61,559 nt of DNA, filler included, from 9 parts of 9 records of this genome joined end to end with filler, not necessarily neighbours in it, one strand, 5' to 3'; shown: positions 38,675 through 49,671, counted from the first letter of the whole stretch. Program-made: numbers and translations. The notes: generated by a model not told the origin, from the letters alone.

Positions 38675-39682
38675 ATGCGAAAAATCATGAGCCTGATGGC
38701 GGTCAGTATTGCACTGGTTTGCCTGATGGGTGCTTCAGCTATGGCCGGGACCACCCTGACCTATGCGAACTTCCCGCCCGCCCCGACCTTCCCATGCATA
38801 CAGATGGAGCATTGGAAAACTGAAGTCGAGAAACGGACCAACAGCGACATCGCTGTTCAAACTTTCCCCGGCTCCACTTTATTGGGCGCAAAAAACATGC
38901 TTCGAGGCGTTCAGACGGGACAGGCCGACATTGGCTGTATTTCTACAGCATACTACCCTGGAGTGTTTCCGCTCATCTCCGTGGTCAATCTGCCTGTGGC
39001 CTTTACCTCTACAGAGGTAGCCAGCCGGGTCATGTGGGACATGTTCCAAAAATATCAGCCGAAGGAATTCAAAGACGTCAAGGTCCTGACCATGTTCACC
39101 TCGGCCCCGTCCCACGTCATGAGCAAGGTCGCCGTCAAACAGTTATCAGACCTCAAAGGGCTTGAACTCCGTGCTTCCGGTTCCATCTTGAAAATTCTGA
39201 GCGGTTTGGGGGCACAAGGCGTGGGCATGCCCATGTCCCAGACTCCTGAAGCTCTGCAAAAAGGTGTCGTTAAAGGACTTGTGTCCTCATACGACGTGCT
39301 GAAAGACCTAAACTTTGCCGAACAATGCCGCTATGAAACTGTCACCAACCTGCCAGTCTATCCCTTCGCCATCATCATGAACAAGGCTCGTTGGGAATCC
39401 CTGCCTGCCGAGACAAAGAAGGTCCTCGACGATCTGGGACGTGAACAGGCTGTGTGGACCGGCAAATACTTGGACGACTACACCAGTCAGGCTCTTGCCT
39501 GGGCCAAAGAAAAGTATCAGGTAGAGGTCTTTAAACTGACTGACGCCGAATACGCAGAAATCAAGAAACAGGGTGAACCGCTCATCGCGGCCTGGAAGGC
39601 CGATGCGGCCAAGGCCGGACTTGATGCGGAAGCTATCCTCGCTGAAATGCTCGCCCTCAAGGCGAAATACGAAGCACAATAA
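38675..39682 (+). CDS. dctP: TRAP transporter substrate-binding protein
   Basis: Signal peptide, FPGSTL, G.ADIG, DLKGLELR, EALQKGVV. Confidence 0.92.
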   Translation: MRKIMSLMAVSIALVCLMGASAMAGTTLTYANFPPAPTFPCIQMEHWKTEVEKRTNSDIAVQTFPGSTLLGAKNMLRGVQTGQADIGCISTAYYPGVFPLISVVNLPVAFTSTEVASRVMWDMFQKYQPKEFKDVKVLTMFTSAPSHVMSKVAVKQLSDLKGLELRASGSILKILSGLGAQGVGMPMSQTPEALQKGVVKGLVSSYDVLKDLNFAEQCRYETVTNLPVYPFAIIMNKARWESLPAETKKVLDDLGREQAVWTGKYLDDYTSQALAWAKEKYQVEVFKLTDAEYAEIKKQGEPLIAAWKADAAKAGLDAEAILAEMLALKAKYEAQ

Positions 39683-39692
39683 AACGGTAATC

Positions 39693-39728
39693 AAGCGCCT
39701 CCGTACTCATTGCGGGGGCGCTTTTTTT
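39693..39728 (+). terminator. Stem-loop/terminator between dctP and dctQ
   Basis: AAGCGCCTCCG...CGGGGGCGCTTTTTTT. Confidence 0.75.
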
Positions 39729-39737
39729 GAGAGCACC

Positions 39738-40226
39738 ATGATCGACACTCTGGATTCCATCAGCGGCTTCATTGCCAAAATACTTACAGCTCTGGCCGGA
39801 ATATTTCTTGTGGCCATGATGCTTCTGGCCTGTACCAACATGATATTGCGCGCAGTTTGGGCACCATTGCAGGGCACCTTCGAACTCATGGGGTTCATGG
39901 GTGCTGTTGTGGCCGCTTTTTCACTGGCTTTTGCCCAACGCAAAAAAGCCCATATAGCCGTGGGGATATTGCTCGCACGGTTCCCGGCAATAATCCGAAG
40001 ACTGACAGACGCAGCGACCAGTGCGTGTTCCTGCGCCTTTTTCACTCTGGCCGGAATTGAAACGTGGAAATGGGCCGCTTTTCTCGTGCAGACCAACGAA
40101 GTCTCAGAGACGCTTCAAATTGTTTACCATCCATTCGTTTTCGCGGCCTCGGCAGGTTGTCTCGCCCTTGCATTCGTTCTGGCCGTTGACACACTCAAAA
40201 CCCTGACCGCAGAGAAGGTGGCGTAA
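39738..40226 (+). CDS. dctQ: TRAP transporter small permease
   Basis: 4 TM segments, GTFEL, AHIAV motif. Confidence 0.88.
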   Translation: MIDTLDSISGFIAKILTALAGIFLVAMMLLACTNMILRAVWAPLQGTFELMGFMGAVVAAFSLAFAQRKKAHIAVGILLARFPAIIRRLTDAATSACSCAFFTLAGIETWKWAAFLVQTNEVSETLQIVYHPFVFAASAGCLALAFVLAVDTLKTLTAEKVA

Positions 40227-41530
40227 TGGATCCGATCACAGCCGGAATCGTCGGCACCCTCATACTGCTCGCCTCTATCTTTTTTCTCCGTATTCCGGTG
40301 GGATTTGCCATGGGCATCATCGGATTCGGCGGATTCGCCTATGTCCTGAACTGGAACGCGGCCACCGGCATGCTCGGCACCGAACTCTGGAACGTCTTCT
40401 CCAAGTATGGCCTGACTGTTATCCCGCTCTTCATCCTCATGGGGCAAATCTGTTTTTATTCCGGGGTCAACGAACGTCTATACAAATCCGCTTACGCCTG
40501 GATGGGTGAAATCCGTGGCGGTATCGCCATGACCACTGTTCTGGCCTGTGCCGGATTTGCGGCCATCTGCGGGTCCAACTCGGCCACCGCCGCCACCATG
40601 TCCACCGTGGCTTTGCCGGAGATGAAAAAATTCAAGTACAGCCCGATTCTTTCCACTGGCGTGGTTGCTGCCGGCGCGACACTCGGCGTAGTCATCCCGC
40701 CATCCGTCGTCCTGATTATCATCGGATTACAAACCAGCCAGTCCATTGCACAGCTCTTTGTCGGCGGTATGGTTCCCGGCGTACTGTTGACCGTTCTCTT
40801 CCTTTCCACCATCTGGTATCTCTGCAAAAAGAACCCGGACTGGGGTCCGGCCGGACCGAAGACCACATTCGCGGAAAAACTCCGCTCCCTGCCCGGTTCC
40901 ATTGAAATGGTCATACTCTTTTTCCTGGTCATGGGCGGTTTGTTTCTTGGGTTCTTCACGCCCACCGAGGCCGGTGCAGCCGGTGCGGGACTCGCACTGC
41001 TCATTGCTGTTCTTTCCGGCAAAATGAGCTGGAAAAAATTCCACTTGGCCGTAAACGACTCGCTCAAGATTTCCTGTATGATCATGGTCATCATGCTCGG
41101 CGCGGTCATCTTTGGCCGATTTCTGGCTATCACGCGCCTGCCCTTCGAGGCCGCAGGCTGGGTAGCTGGATTGCCTATCCCGCCCCTCGTCATCATTGGG
41201 GTTATCTGTTTGATCTACGTCATTGGCGGCATGGTCATGGACGCACTCGCCTTGCTTCTCGTAACCATCCCGATCTTCTTCCCTGTGGTTACGGCCATGG
41301 GTTACGATCCGCTCTGGTTCGGTGTGCTTATCACCGTTGTCACGACACTTGGAGCCATCACCCCGCCCGTCGGTGTCAACACCTTCATTGTGGCGTCAAT
41401 GGCAAAAGACGTACCCATGACCGACGTATTCAAAGGCGTATCCTATTTCGTTGCCGCTTATGTATTATGTGTGGCAATTCTGATGCTCTTCCCCGGCCTC
41501 GTCACATTCTTGCCGAGACTGATGCAGTAA
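40226..41530 (+). CDS. dctM: TRAP transporter large permease
   Basis: IPLFILMG, GSNSATAA, IPPS, FTPTEAG, ITPPVG. Confidence 0.93.
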   Translation: MDPITAGIVGTLILLASIFFLRIPVGFAMGIIGFGGFAYVLNWNAATGMLGTELWNVFSKYGLTVIPLFILMGQICFYSGVNERLYKSAYAWMGEIRGGIAMTTVLACAGFAAICGSNSATAATMSTVALPEMKKFKYSPILSTGVVAAGATLGVVIPPSVVLIIIGLQTSQSIAQLFVGGMVPGVLLTVLFLSTIWYLCKKNPDWGPAGPKTTFAEKLRSLPGSIEMVILFFLVMGGLFLGFFTPTEAGAAGAGLALLIAVLSGKMSWKKFHLAVNDSLKISCMIMVIMLGAVIFGRFLAITRLPFEAAGWVAGLPIPPLVIIGVICLIYVIGGMVMDALALLLVTIPIFFPVVTAMGYDPLWFGVLITVVTTLGAITPPVGVNTFIVASMAKDVPMTDVFKGVSYFVAAYVLCVAILMLFPGLVTFLPRLMQ

Positions 41531-41648
41531 GAACGATGCCTCCGGCGGNNNNNNNNNNNNNNNNNNNNNNNNNNNNNNNNNNNNNNNNNNNNTTAATTAA
41601 TTAANNNNNNNNNNNNNNNNNNNNNNNNNNNNNNNNNNNNNNNNNNNN

Positions 41649-42017
41649 CTTTTTTCTGAGGATGATAACCCGGGACATATCTTTTTGCTTCATCGCGTCC
41701 AGGGTTTTTTCAAACCGGTAAAAGGGGCCTGCAATCCTGTGGGTCAGGAACAGGGTGAAGACGATGGTCGCAAGGCCGCCGATAACAATGAAAAACCATT
41801 GGGTACTCAAAATCTTGGTCATGAGAATACCTGGAGTTGTCCCGATTTTGAGGTGATAGTTGTCATAGGCAATGGAAAGGGTGTTTGATGAGAAAAAACT
41901 AAAGATGCCTGTGAACAAAATGCTTCCCAAGGCAACCAGTAAAAAATATTTAAAAATGTATTTACCTTGCAACTCTTTGTTTATGAAATAATTTCTACGT
42001 TTAAATTCCTGACTCAT
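41649..42017 (-). CDS. Two-TM HAMP-domain (MCP-like) protein; 3'-truncated
   Basis: KRRNYFINKELQ, two TM segments, THRIAGPFYRFEK HAMP start. Confidence 0.75.
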
Positions 42018-42766
42018 CTTACCTCCTGATTAATTCGCCTGTCCGTAAGAATCCGGATGTCTGCATCCTGGTTCAACTTTTCCAACCATTTGGCAAACAG
42101 GACACCCTTTTGCTGATGAATCAGAAACTCTCTTATCTCGTCCTCATCCGTTACGGGCTCGCTATCGGATGACGGTTTCAAGGAAATCAGCCTATAGCAG
42201 GCATAATTTTTCACCAGTTTCAAAGGCTCCGAGGTCTGACCCGGCTCCAGAGTGACAAAGAGGTACTTGAGTTCGGCTGACAGGTCTTCAAAATCCCTGA
42301 TCCTTTTTTCCGAAGCTTCCGTCTTGCCTTCTTCTGCATTTTCAAAGGTCTGATAGACCAATCGCTCGTATTCCACCTTTTTCCCAGACAGGGCCAGATA
42401 CCTGTCCACCATTCCCTGTGTAATCTCAGGCTTGAGCGAATCAAATTTCCGGTCGATGAGGATTTTAATCAGGGATTGTTCATAGAAATTTTCCACTGAC
42501 GCCCTGAAAAGCTCCTCCGTGTTGATCCCCTGGGCAATGGCCTCTTGAATAAGGAGCTGATTGGTAATCACCGAGTCGATAAAATCTGCTGAATGATTGC
42601 TGTATGGGGTTGATTTAAAAATCCTGTCAAGTTCTTTTTCAGAGACAACCCTGTCATTGATGACAATCGCAGGCTCTGACACCTCAACCCTGAAGCCTGA
42701 AAAACGAACTGCCGCAAGAACAGTAATAAGAATTATTATTCCAATGACATAATAGATGTATTTCAT
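42014..42766 (-). CDS. SurA-N/PPIase-like periplasmic protein
   Basis: N-terminal TM, AIVIND, LLIQEA..QGI, G.TSEP motifs. Confidence 0.6.
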   Translation of the reverse strand: MKYIYYVIGIIILITVLAAVRFSGFRVEVSEPAIVINDRVVSEKELDRIFKSTPYSNHSADFIDSVITNQLLIQEAIAQGINTEELFRASVENFYEQSLIKILIDRKFDSLKPEITQGMVDRYLALSGKKVEYERLVYQTFENAEEGKTEASEKRIRDFEDLSAELKYLFVTLEPGQTSEPLKLVKNYACYRLISLKPSSDSEPVTDEDEIREFLIHQQKGVLFAKWLEKLNQDADIRILTDRRINQEVR

Positions 42767-42805
42767 CCAACACCCCGTGGTCGTAAAATAAATGGCAGAT
42801 AACGG

Positions 42806-43237
42806 TTAACCGTTGTTCTTGTCATGGGCAACGATATCTCCTGTGTTTGCAACAACCTGCACGGCACGATCATCATACAGGCAAATCATGTCGTAATCCT
42901 TGACATTTGTGACTTCAAGATTTGGGATATCATTTTCCCTTAGCCACGCCTTGATGAGTGGAATCTGCTCGGGATCGGACGCCCGGGCGGTGAAGATTTT
43001 CACCCTGGCACCGCGTTTTATCATGGCCTTGACCCGATGGAGCATTTTGGGTACCGGGTCCCCGATCCTGTCCAGGGAAAAGATGGTGTCGGATCTTGCA
43101 AGGGTCCCGTCCAGGTCAACACCGATCCACCCCTTTGAACGATATTTTTCCCTTTCCGAAGATGGGAGGGAATACTCCCGGGCGGACTCCTGCCTGGCCT
43201 TTTTTATGAATTCCTTCAGAATGGTGATCAGTTTCAT
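42806..43237 (-). CDS. Small capless HAD-like hydrolase
   Basis: WIGVDLDGTLA, IFTAR, TNVKD, LYDDRAVQV. Confidence 0.7.
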   Translation of the reverse strand: MKLITILKEFIKKARQESAREYSLPSSEREKYRSKGWIGVDLDGTLARSDTIFSLDRIGDPVPKMLHRVKAMIKRGARVKIFTARASDPEQIPLIKAWLRENDIPNLEVTNVKDYDMICLYDDRAVQVVANTGDIVAHDKNNG

Positions 43238-43285
43238 CTTTGGTCTTATGGCTGCTTTGTTTTGTTGAATCAAACGGAGTCTGAC

Positions 43286-43341
43286 AAAAAAGCCCGGTGA
43301 CCGGTCCCCGGATAAGGGCAGGGGAGGTTCACCGGGCTTTT
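43286..43341 (-). terminator. Rho-independent terminator
   Basis: AAAAAAGCCCGGTGA...TCACCGGGCTTTT just after the YccA stop. Confidence 0.75.
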
Positions 43342-43348
43342 GCTGTTA

Positions 43349-44086
43349 CTACCTGGAACTATTTAAGAAATACGATTCATAGTCCCTTGAGACTCCAAAT
43401 ACATGCAGCAGCATGATGAACAGGTTAATGAAGTCAAGATAAAGGGTCAGGGCTCCCATGATGGCGCCTTTCCTTACCATGGCGCCGGAGGCATCCGCCG
43501 GCTGGGTCATTGCCATGGCTTTGAGCTTCTGGGTATCATAGGCCGTAAGTCCAACAAACACGATCACACCGATGTAGGAGATGATCATGGTCAGGCCGGG
43601 ACTTCTCAGAAACATGTTTACAAGGGTGGCAATAATGATGCCGATGAGCCCCATCATCATAAATCCGCCCATGGACGTGAGATCGCGCTTTGTCACCATG
43701 CCGTAAACGCTGCAGGCAGAGAAGGTGAGGGCGCATACGGCAAAGGTGGAGACAATGGACGCGCTTGTGTAGGCGAGGAAAACCGCCGACAAGGTGGCAC
43801 CGTTGAGCACCGAGTATAGCACAAAAAGGGCCGTTGCCGTTGATGCCTGGATTCGCTGAACCCTGGCACTCAGATAAAACACGAGTCCAAGTTCGCCAAA
43901 GATCAGTCCGAAAAGGACCACGGGATTTCCAAAAATTATCTGGAGCAGCGCCTGGCTGTTTGCCACATAAAAGGCGGTAAACGCTGTCAGGGCAAGCCCG
44001 ATTGCCATCCAGTTGTAAACGCTTCTGATGAACGAGTTTACCCTGACAAGGGCGGCGGTATTACTGAACGAAGATTGTGTTACCAT
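43349..44086 (-). CDS. Bax inhibitor-1/YccA family membrane protein
   Basis: VYNWMAIGL, TKRDL, LTAYDTQKLK, GALTLYLDFINLF. Confidence 0.93.
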   Translation of the reverse strand: MVTQSSFSNTAALVRVNSFIRSVYNWMAIGLALTAFTAFYVANSQALLQIIFGNPVVLFGLIFGELGLVFYLSARVQRIQASTATALFVLYSVLNGATLSAVFLAYTSASIVSTFAVCALTFSACSVYGMVTKRDLTSMGGFMMMGLIGIIIATLVNMFLRSPGLTMIISYIGVIVFVGLTAYDTQKLKAMAMTQPADASGAMVRKGAIMGALTLYLDFINLFIMLLHVFGVSRDYESYFLNSSR

Positions 44087-44289
44087 GTATTAAAACCTCC
44101 TGAGTTATAGTTTTCTGGTTCAATGGCCCAAATATAACACAGCCAATGGACATTTCAAGAAAATTGCGTGTAAAAGAGAATTCTGCAATCTTTCTGTCGA
44201 TTTTTTAAAAAATGTGGTATGGATTTCTTATATGTGTGATTTTTATGAAATTTTTTTCTTAAAAAATTGATGAACATAGGGAGGAAAAC

Positions 44290-44967
44290 ATGAAATTAGT
44301 CGGTAACCTGTTGAGCTGTGTTCTATTGATTCTGGGGTTGGTAAGTTCCGCAGAGGCTGTCACATTTAATCTCGACAAACCTTCTAATCGATCCGATTTG
44401 AGTTGGGATACAGATGAATTCCCTTTTACACCAAACGGTTATGAGTGGTTGACCTACGAAAAAGGCGACCTCAGTTTGACTGTCACGGCCTGGCGGGGCA
44501 ACACTTCTTCGAGCGGTGGACCTTGGGTTTATGACGACATTATAAATGACGGCCTTGGTGTTAAAAATGGTCCGGATGACAATTCGGTCGCCATTGAATA
44601 CAGCGGAAACAGCCGCTGGTCCGAGGGGCTTCTTTTCACCTTTGACCAGTCCGTTGAATTGACAGGCATGGGATTCCGTTATGTGGATGGAGACGATGAG
44701 ATGGAAATCCTGAACATGGACGGCTCAACAATGAACTCCTTTGGTGTCTACGACCTTAAGAAGTCCATCGGCTTTGACACCCCTTTAACTGGGACATCCT
44801 TTTTGGTGACCGCCACGGACTGGAATGATGATTTTTTCATCAAGAGCATTAAGGCTAATCCGAGGTCCCAGGCACCAGGGCCTGTCGTACCGGTACCTTC
44901 AACGGTGCTGTTGCTGGGGGCGGGACTGGTCGGGTTCGTGGGATTTAGAAAACAAACCGCGGTATAG
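44290..44967 (+). CDS. PEP-CTERM-type (VPVP) exosortase-dependent surface protein
   Basis: Signal peptide; C-terminal VPVPSTVLLLGAGLVGFVGFRK. Confidence 0.85.
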   Translation: MKLVGNLLSCVLLILGLVSSAEAVTFNLDKPSNRSDLSWDTDEFPFTPNGYEWLTYEKGDLSLTVTAWRGNTSSSGGPWVYDDIINDGLGVKNGPDDNSVAIEYSGNSRWSEGLLFTFDQSVELTGMGFRYVDGDDEMEILNMDGSTMNSFGVYDLKKSIGFDTPLTGTSFLVTATDWNDDFFIKSIKANPRSQAPGPVVPVPSTVLLLGAGLVGFVGFRKQTAV

Positions 44968-44978
44968 TTCAAAAATTC

Positions 44979-45019
44979 AAAACAAGCCTTTCTCGTTCCT
45001 GGAGAAGGGCTTGTTTTTT
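44979..45019 (+). terminator. Rho-independent terminator
   Basis: AAAACAAGCCTTTCTC...GAGAAGGGCTTGTTTTTT. Confidence 0.75.
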
Positions 45020-45171
45020 GATAAATCAAAAAGTTTACATAATATCTATTATCGCACAATCGGACAAAAAGAGTTGATTTCTTTGTTCGGAGCCCATTAA
45101 TCGTTTGTTATTCTGTCGTGTCTGTTCTATAAATAACACTCTGTTGATGGATTTAGGAAAATGTGGAGACA

Positions 45172-46530
45172 ATGGCTCAAGTAAAGGACTACAGACAAAT
45201 ATTTACCGTTTCAACCCTCACACGGGAAATCAAAACCCTTATTGAAGAACGATTCCCCCTTGTGTGGATTTCAGGGGAAATATCAAATCTTTCCCTGCCG
45301 GCTTCCGGCCACGCCTACTTTTCCCTCAAGGACGCCAACGCCGTCATCTCCGGCGTCATGTTTCGGAACCAGTTACGCAGGCTCCGGTTTCGGCCCGAGA
45401 ACGGCATGAAGATCACGGGTATGGGCCGGCTCAGCCTCTACGAGCCCAGGGGCTCCTACCAGCTCATCTTTGAACACATGGAGCCAGAAGGCGCCGGCGC
45501 CCTCCAGGCGGCCTTTGAGCAGCTCAAGCAAAAGCTTGCCAGCCAAGGCCTGTTTGACGAGGCCCGGAAAAAAGCGATTCCCTTTCTTCCATCACGGATC
45601 AGCATTGCAACGTCTCCCACCGGCGCCGTGATCCGGGACATCATCACGGTGGCAAAGAGACGCTTTCCGAACATTCCCCTGGAGATCGTCCCGGTCAAGG
45701 TCCAGGGACCCGGCGCGGAACTGGAAATTTCAAGGGCCATCGAGCTGATCAACGACCGGGCAAGGTCGGAGCTCATCATCGTTGCCCGGGGCGGCGGTTC
45801 CCTGGAGGATCTTTCCGCCTTTAATTCCGAAACCGTTGCCATGGCAATCTGCAATTCCCGCATCCCGGTGATATCGGCCGTGGGCCACGAGACGGATTAT
45901 ACCATTGCGGATTTTGTCGCCGACCTGCGGGCACCGACCCCCTCGGCCGCGGCCGAACTTGCACTGCCGGAAAAACGGGCCCTGGAACTGCGGCTCAGCC
46001 AGCTGGAATCGACCCTTGTCAACGGGCTTTATGCCAATGTCGCCGCCCTGAGGGAACGCGTCAAGGAGCTTACGTCAAGGCTCCGGGATCCCAAACGGGT
46101 GGTGGATGACATGCGGTTCAGGCTTGGCGACCTTGAAGCCCGGATGGCCCGGCAGATGGAAAAAATGCTGACGTCCCGCAAGGAGCGCCTTGACTGGTTC
46201 ACCCATGGCCTGTATGCCAACAGCCCGGAAACCCGGGTTGCCAAAGGCAGAACCGATCACGACGCCCTGGTTGCCCGTCTGACGGGCGCCATGGGGTCGC
46301 TTCTGTCGGAACACCGGAGCCGGGCCAACGGAGCCACGGCAAGGCTGGAGGCCTTGAGCCCCATGTCCGTGCTTGACCGGGGGTACAGCATAGCAAGAAA
46401 ATATCCTGAAAAAACGATCCTCATGGATTCAACAATGACCGAAAAAGACGAGACTATCGAAGTGATCCTTGCACGGGGAAGGCTTCGCTGTCAGGTGAAA
46501 GAGACATATGGCAAAGAAGAAGACATTTGA
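45172..46530 (+). CDS. xseA: Exodeoxyribonuclease VII large subunit
   Basis: GEISN...SGHAYFSLKD, ARGGGSLEDL, AVGHETD, RAPTPSAAAE, VLDRGYS. Confidence 0.96.
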   Translation: MAQVKDYRQIFTVSTLTREIKTLIEERFPLVWISGEISNLSLPASGHAYFSLKDANAVISGVMFRNQLRRLRFRPENGMKITGMGRLSLYEPRGSYQLIFEHMEPEGAGALQAAFEQLKQKLASQGLFDEARKKAIPFLPSRISIATSPTGAVIRDIITVAKRRFPNIPLEIVPVKVQGPGAELEISRAIELINDRARSELIIVARGGGSLEDLSAFNSETVAMAICNSRIPVISAVGHETDYTIADFVADLRAPTPSAAAELALPEKRALELRLSQLESTLVNGLYANVAALRERVKELTSRLRDPKRVVDDMRFRLGDLEARMARQMEKMLTSRKERLDWFTHGLYANSPETRVAKGRTDHDALVARLTGAMGSLLSEHRSRANGATARLEALSPMSVLDRGYSIARKYPEKTILMDSTMTEKDETIEVILARGRLRCQVKETYGKEEDI

Positions 46531-46735
46531 AGAGTCGATGACCCAGCTTGAAGAGATCGTAAAAGAGCTTGAATCGGGCAATCTCTCCCTGGAAAAAGCG
46601 GTGAAGCTTTTTGAACAGGGAATAAAATGTTCCGGTTTCTGCCTGAAAAAGCTGGATGAAACCGAAGAAAAGATCACCCTTCTATTAAAGGATGGCAAGG
46701 GAAACGTGAAGGAAGAGCTGTTTGACAATGAGTGA
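46508..46735 (+). CDS. xseB: Exodeoxyribonuclease VII small subunit
   Basis: TFEESM..LEEIV..LESG.LSLE. Confidence 0.95.
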   Translation: MAKKKTFEESMTQLEEIVKELESGNLSLEKAVKLFEQGIKCSGFCLKKLDETEEKITLLLKDGKGNVKEELFDNE

Positions 46736-47645
46736 TTTTGATTTCAAAGCCTATTTAATGGAACGCCAGGCGGTTGTCAACAAACAGCTTGAGACGATCT
46801 TAGATTCCCTTGACAGAAGGCGGGAACTGACCCGGGCCATGGCCCATTCCCTCATGGCCGGGGGAAAACGTCTGCGCCCTATTCTCTGCCTTGCCGCCTG
46901 CGAGGCCTGCGGCCTGGCTCCGGCCGTTGCCCTGCCCGCAGCCTGCGCCCTGGAGATGGTCCACACCTACTCCCTGATCCATGACGACCTTCCGGCCATG
47001 GACGACGATGATCTGAGACGGGGAATTCCCACCTGCCACAAGGCGTTTTCCGAAGCCACGGCCATCCTGGCCGGAGACGGGCTTCTCACCCACGCCTTCC
47101 AGGTGCTGACCCGGCCGGGGAACCTGTTTGAACGGCTGCCCGAACCGGCTGTCCGTCTTGAGCTTGCGGCGATCCTTTCCGAGGCCGCCGGGGTCAACGG
47201 CATGATCGAGGGCCAGATGCTGGATATGCTTTCCCAGGCACAGGACACAACCGCCCTGCCCTCTTCCCTTGACCACCTGGAGAAAATCCATACCTTGAAG
47301 ACAGGAATGATGATCAAGGCCAGCGTCCTTTCTGGCGCGGTTTCCGCCAATGCCGATCCGGACATGCGGGAACGGCTGGCCGTGTATGCGGAGAAACTGG
47401 GGCTTGCCTTCCAGGTAAAGGATGACATCCTGGATGTGGAAGGCGATCCGGCTGTCATGGGCAAACCCGCGGGGTCGGACGAGGCCAATCACAAGATGAC
47501 CTACCCTGCCCTCATGGGCCTTGAACCATCAAAGCGTTATGCCGAAACCCTTGTGAACGAAGCGGTTGAGGCCTTGAGCATTTTTGACCAAAAAGCGTTG
47601 CCCCTCAGGGCCATCGCAGAGTACATTCTACAACGGAGACGTTGA
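46728..47645 (+). CDS. ispA: Farnesyl diphosphate synthase
   Basis: GGKRLRP, SLIHDDLPAMDDDDLRRG, FQVKDDILD; xseB-ispA-dxs synteny. Confidence 0.93.
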   Translation: MSDFDFKAYLMERQAVVNKQLETILDSLDRRRELTRAMAHSLMAGGKRLRPILCLAACEACGLAPAVALPAACALEMVHTYSLIHDDLPAMDDDDLRRGIPTCHKAFSEATAILAGDGLLTHAFQVLTRPGNLFERLPEPAVRLELAAILSEAAGVNGMIEGQMLDMLSQAQDTTALPSSLDHLEKIHTLKTGMMIKASVLSGAVSANADPDMRERLAVYAEKLGLAFQVKDDILDVEGDPAVMGKPAGSDEANHKMTYPALMGLEPSKRYAETLVNEAVEALSIFDQKALPLRAIAEYILQRRR

Positions 47646-47665
47646 TGATACGGGAGAGAGCGTAA

Positions 47666-49571
47666 TTGAGTCTGCTTAAAACCATTAAAACCGGTAAAGA
47701 TTTAAAACAACTGTCAAGAAAAGAGCTGCCGATCCTTGCTAAGGAGATCCGGGAGCGAATCATCTCTGTTGTATCAAAGAACGGGGGGCACCTGGCCTCG
47801 AGCCTGGGCGCGGTGGAACTGACCCTTGCCATCCACTATGTGTTCGACATACCATCGGACACCCTGGTCTGGGATGTGGGGCACCAGGCCTATACCCACA
47901 AGCTTTTGACCGGACGGGAGGAGAAGTTCGATACCCTCCGGACCCACAAGGGGATCACAGGCTTTACCAAAATGAGCGAAAGCCCCTGTGACGGGTTCAC
48001 CGTCGGCCATTCCAGCACCTCCATTTCAGCGGGGCTCGGCATTGCCAGCGGCCGGTACCTGAACCAGGAAAGCGGCAAGGTCCTCGCTGTCATCGGCGAC
48101 GGGTCCCTCACCGCCGGCCTTGCCTTTGAAGGCCTGAACCAGGCCGGGGACTCCAAACGGGATCTCATTGTCATCCTCAACGACAACGACATGTCCATCT
48201 CCCCCAATGTGGGAGCGTTGTCCTCTTTCCTGAGCCGCACCTTTTCCTCCAAATATCTCCAGAACATGAAAAAGGAGTTCGGCACCTTTTTAAAATCCCT
48301 TCCCGGCATCGGGGACGACATCTACAAGATTGCAAAGCGCTCCGAGGATTCCTTCAAGACCTTTGTCACCCCGGGCATGCTGTTTGAGGCCTTTAACTTC
48401 GATTACTTCGGTCCCATCAACGGCCACAACCTCAACCATCTGGTGGACATCCTGGAGAACATCAAAAAGCATGACGAGCCCGTGCTGCTCCATGTCACCA
48501 CCACCAAGGGGAAAGGGTACCGCCCGGCAGAGGAAAACCCGGTCTATTTCCACGGGGTCGGTTCCTTCAATATCGATACGGGTTCCTGTGTGAAAAAAGG
48601 GGGAAGCGTTCCCTCCTATACCGATATCTTCGGCTGCACCATGATCGAGCTTGCCAAAACCGACAAGCGAATCGTGGCTGTCACGGCCGCCATGCCCGAA
48701 GGAACCGGGCTTAACAAGTTCGCCGAATTATACCCGGACCGGTTTTTTGATGTGGGCATTGCCGAGCAGCATGCGGTCACCTTTGCCGCAGGTCTCGCCA
48801 CCCAGGGATTGAAGCCGGTGGTGGCCATCTATTCGACCTTTATGCAGCGGGCCTACGACCAGATCCTCCACGACGCCTGCATCGAGTCCCTTCCCGTGGT
48901 GTTTGCCCTGGACCGGGGCGGGATCGTCGGTGAGGACGGCCCGACCCACCACGGCCTGTTCGACTACGCCTATCTTCGGAACATTCCCAATATCACGGTC
49001 ATGGCCCCACGGAATGAAAACGAGCTTGTCCGGATGCTCAAGACCGCCATCGACCACGACGGTCCCATTGCCCTCCGGTATCCCCGGGGCAAGGGGGAAG
49101 GCGTTGAGGTTGAGCAGGATATCAAGCCTCTTGAGATCGGAAAAGGGGAATGTGTCAGGAAAGGTGACGACCTTGCCATCGTTGCGGTTGGCCGGGTGGT
49201 GAACGAAGCCCTCAAGGCCGCGGATGAGCTTGAAACCCTTGGCGTCTCCTGCGGGGTTGTCAATGCACGCTTTGTCAAACCCCTTGATAAACAGCTGCTG
49301 CTTGACACGGTGGACAAAACCGGCGCCATCGTCACCGTTGAGGAACATGTGCTGGACGGCGGATTCGGAAGCGCCGTCCTGGAACTTCTGGCAGACAATG
49401 ATCGCTTCAACTGCAAGATCCGACGGGTCGGCATCCGGGACACCTTTGTGGAGCATGGCGCCCAGGCCATTTTGAGGAACGAATACGGGGTGGACAGCCA
49501 GGCCATTGTCAAGGCTGCCCTGGAGATCACGGGACGGAAAAACGGAGTGAATGGCCCGACCGCCCTCAAAA
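47666..49571 (+). CDS. dxs: 1-deoxy-D-xylulose-5-phosphate synthase; stop codon lies beyond the contig end
   Basis: GGHLASSLG, WDVGHQAY.HK, GDG...NDN, DVGIAEQHAV, RYPRG. Confidence 0.96.
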
Positions 49572-49671
49572 NNNNNNNNNNNNNNNNNNNNNNNNNNNNN
49601 NNNNNNNNNNNNNNNTTAATTAATTAANNNNNNNNNNNNNNNNNNNNNNNNNNNNNNNNNNNNNNNNNNNN

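Noticed and set aside
43349-43380. Short C-terminal extension of YccA beyond the usual ...SRD end
   Set aside because: Only about 10 residues; cannot be distinguished from ordinary stop-codon drift.
46800-49569. Long antisense ORFs over ispA/dxs (similarly over the ECF ATPase, flavodoxin and dctM)
   Set aside because: Expected shadows in GC-rich coding DNA; the sense-strand genes carry complete family motifs.
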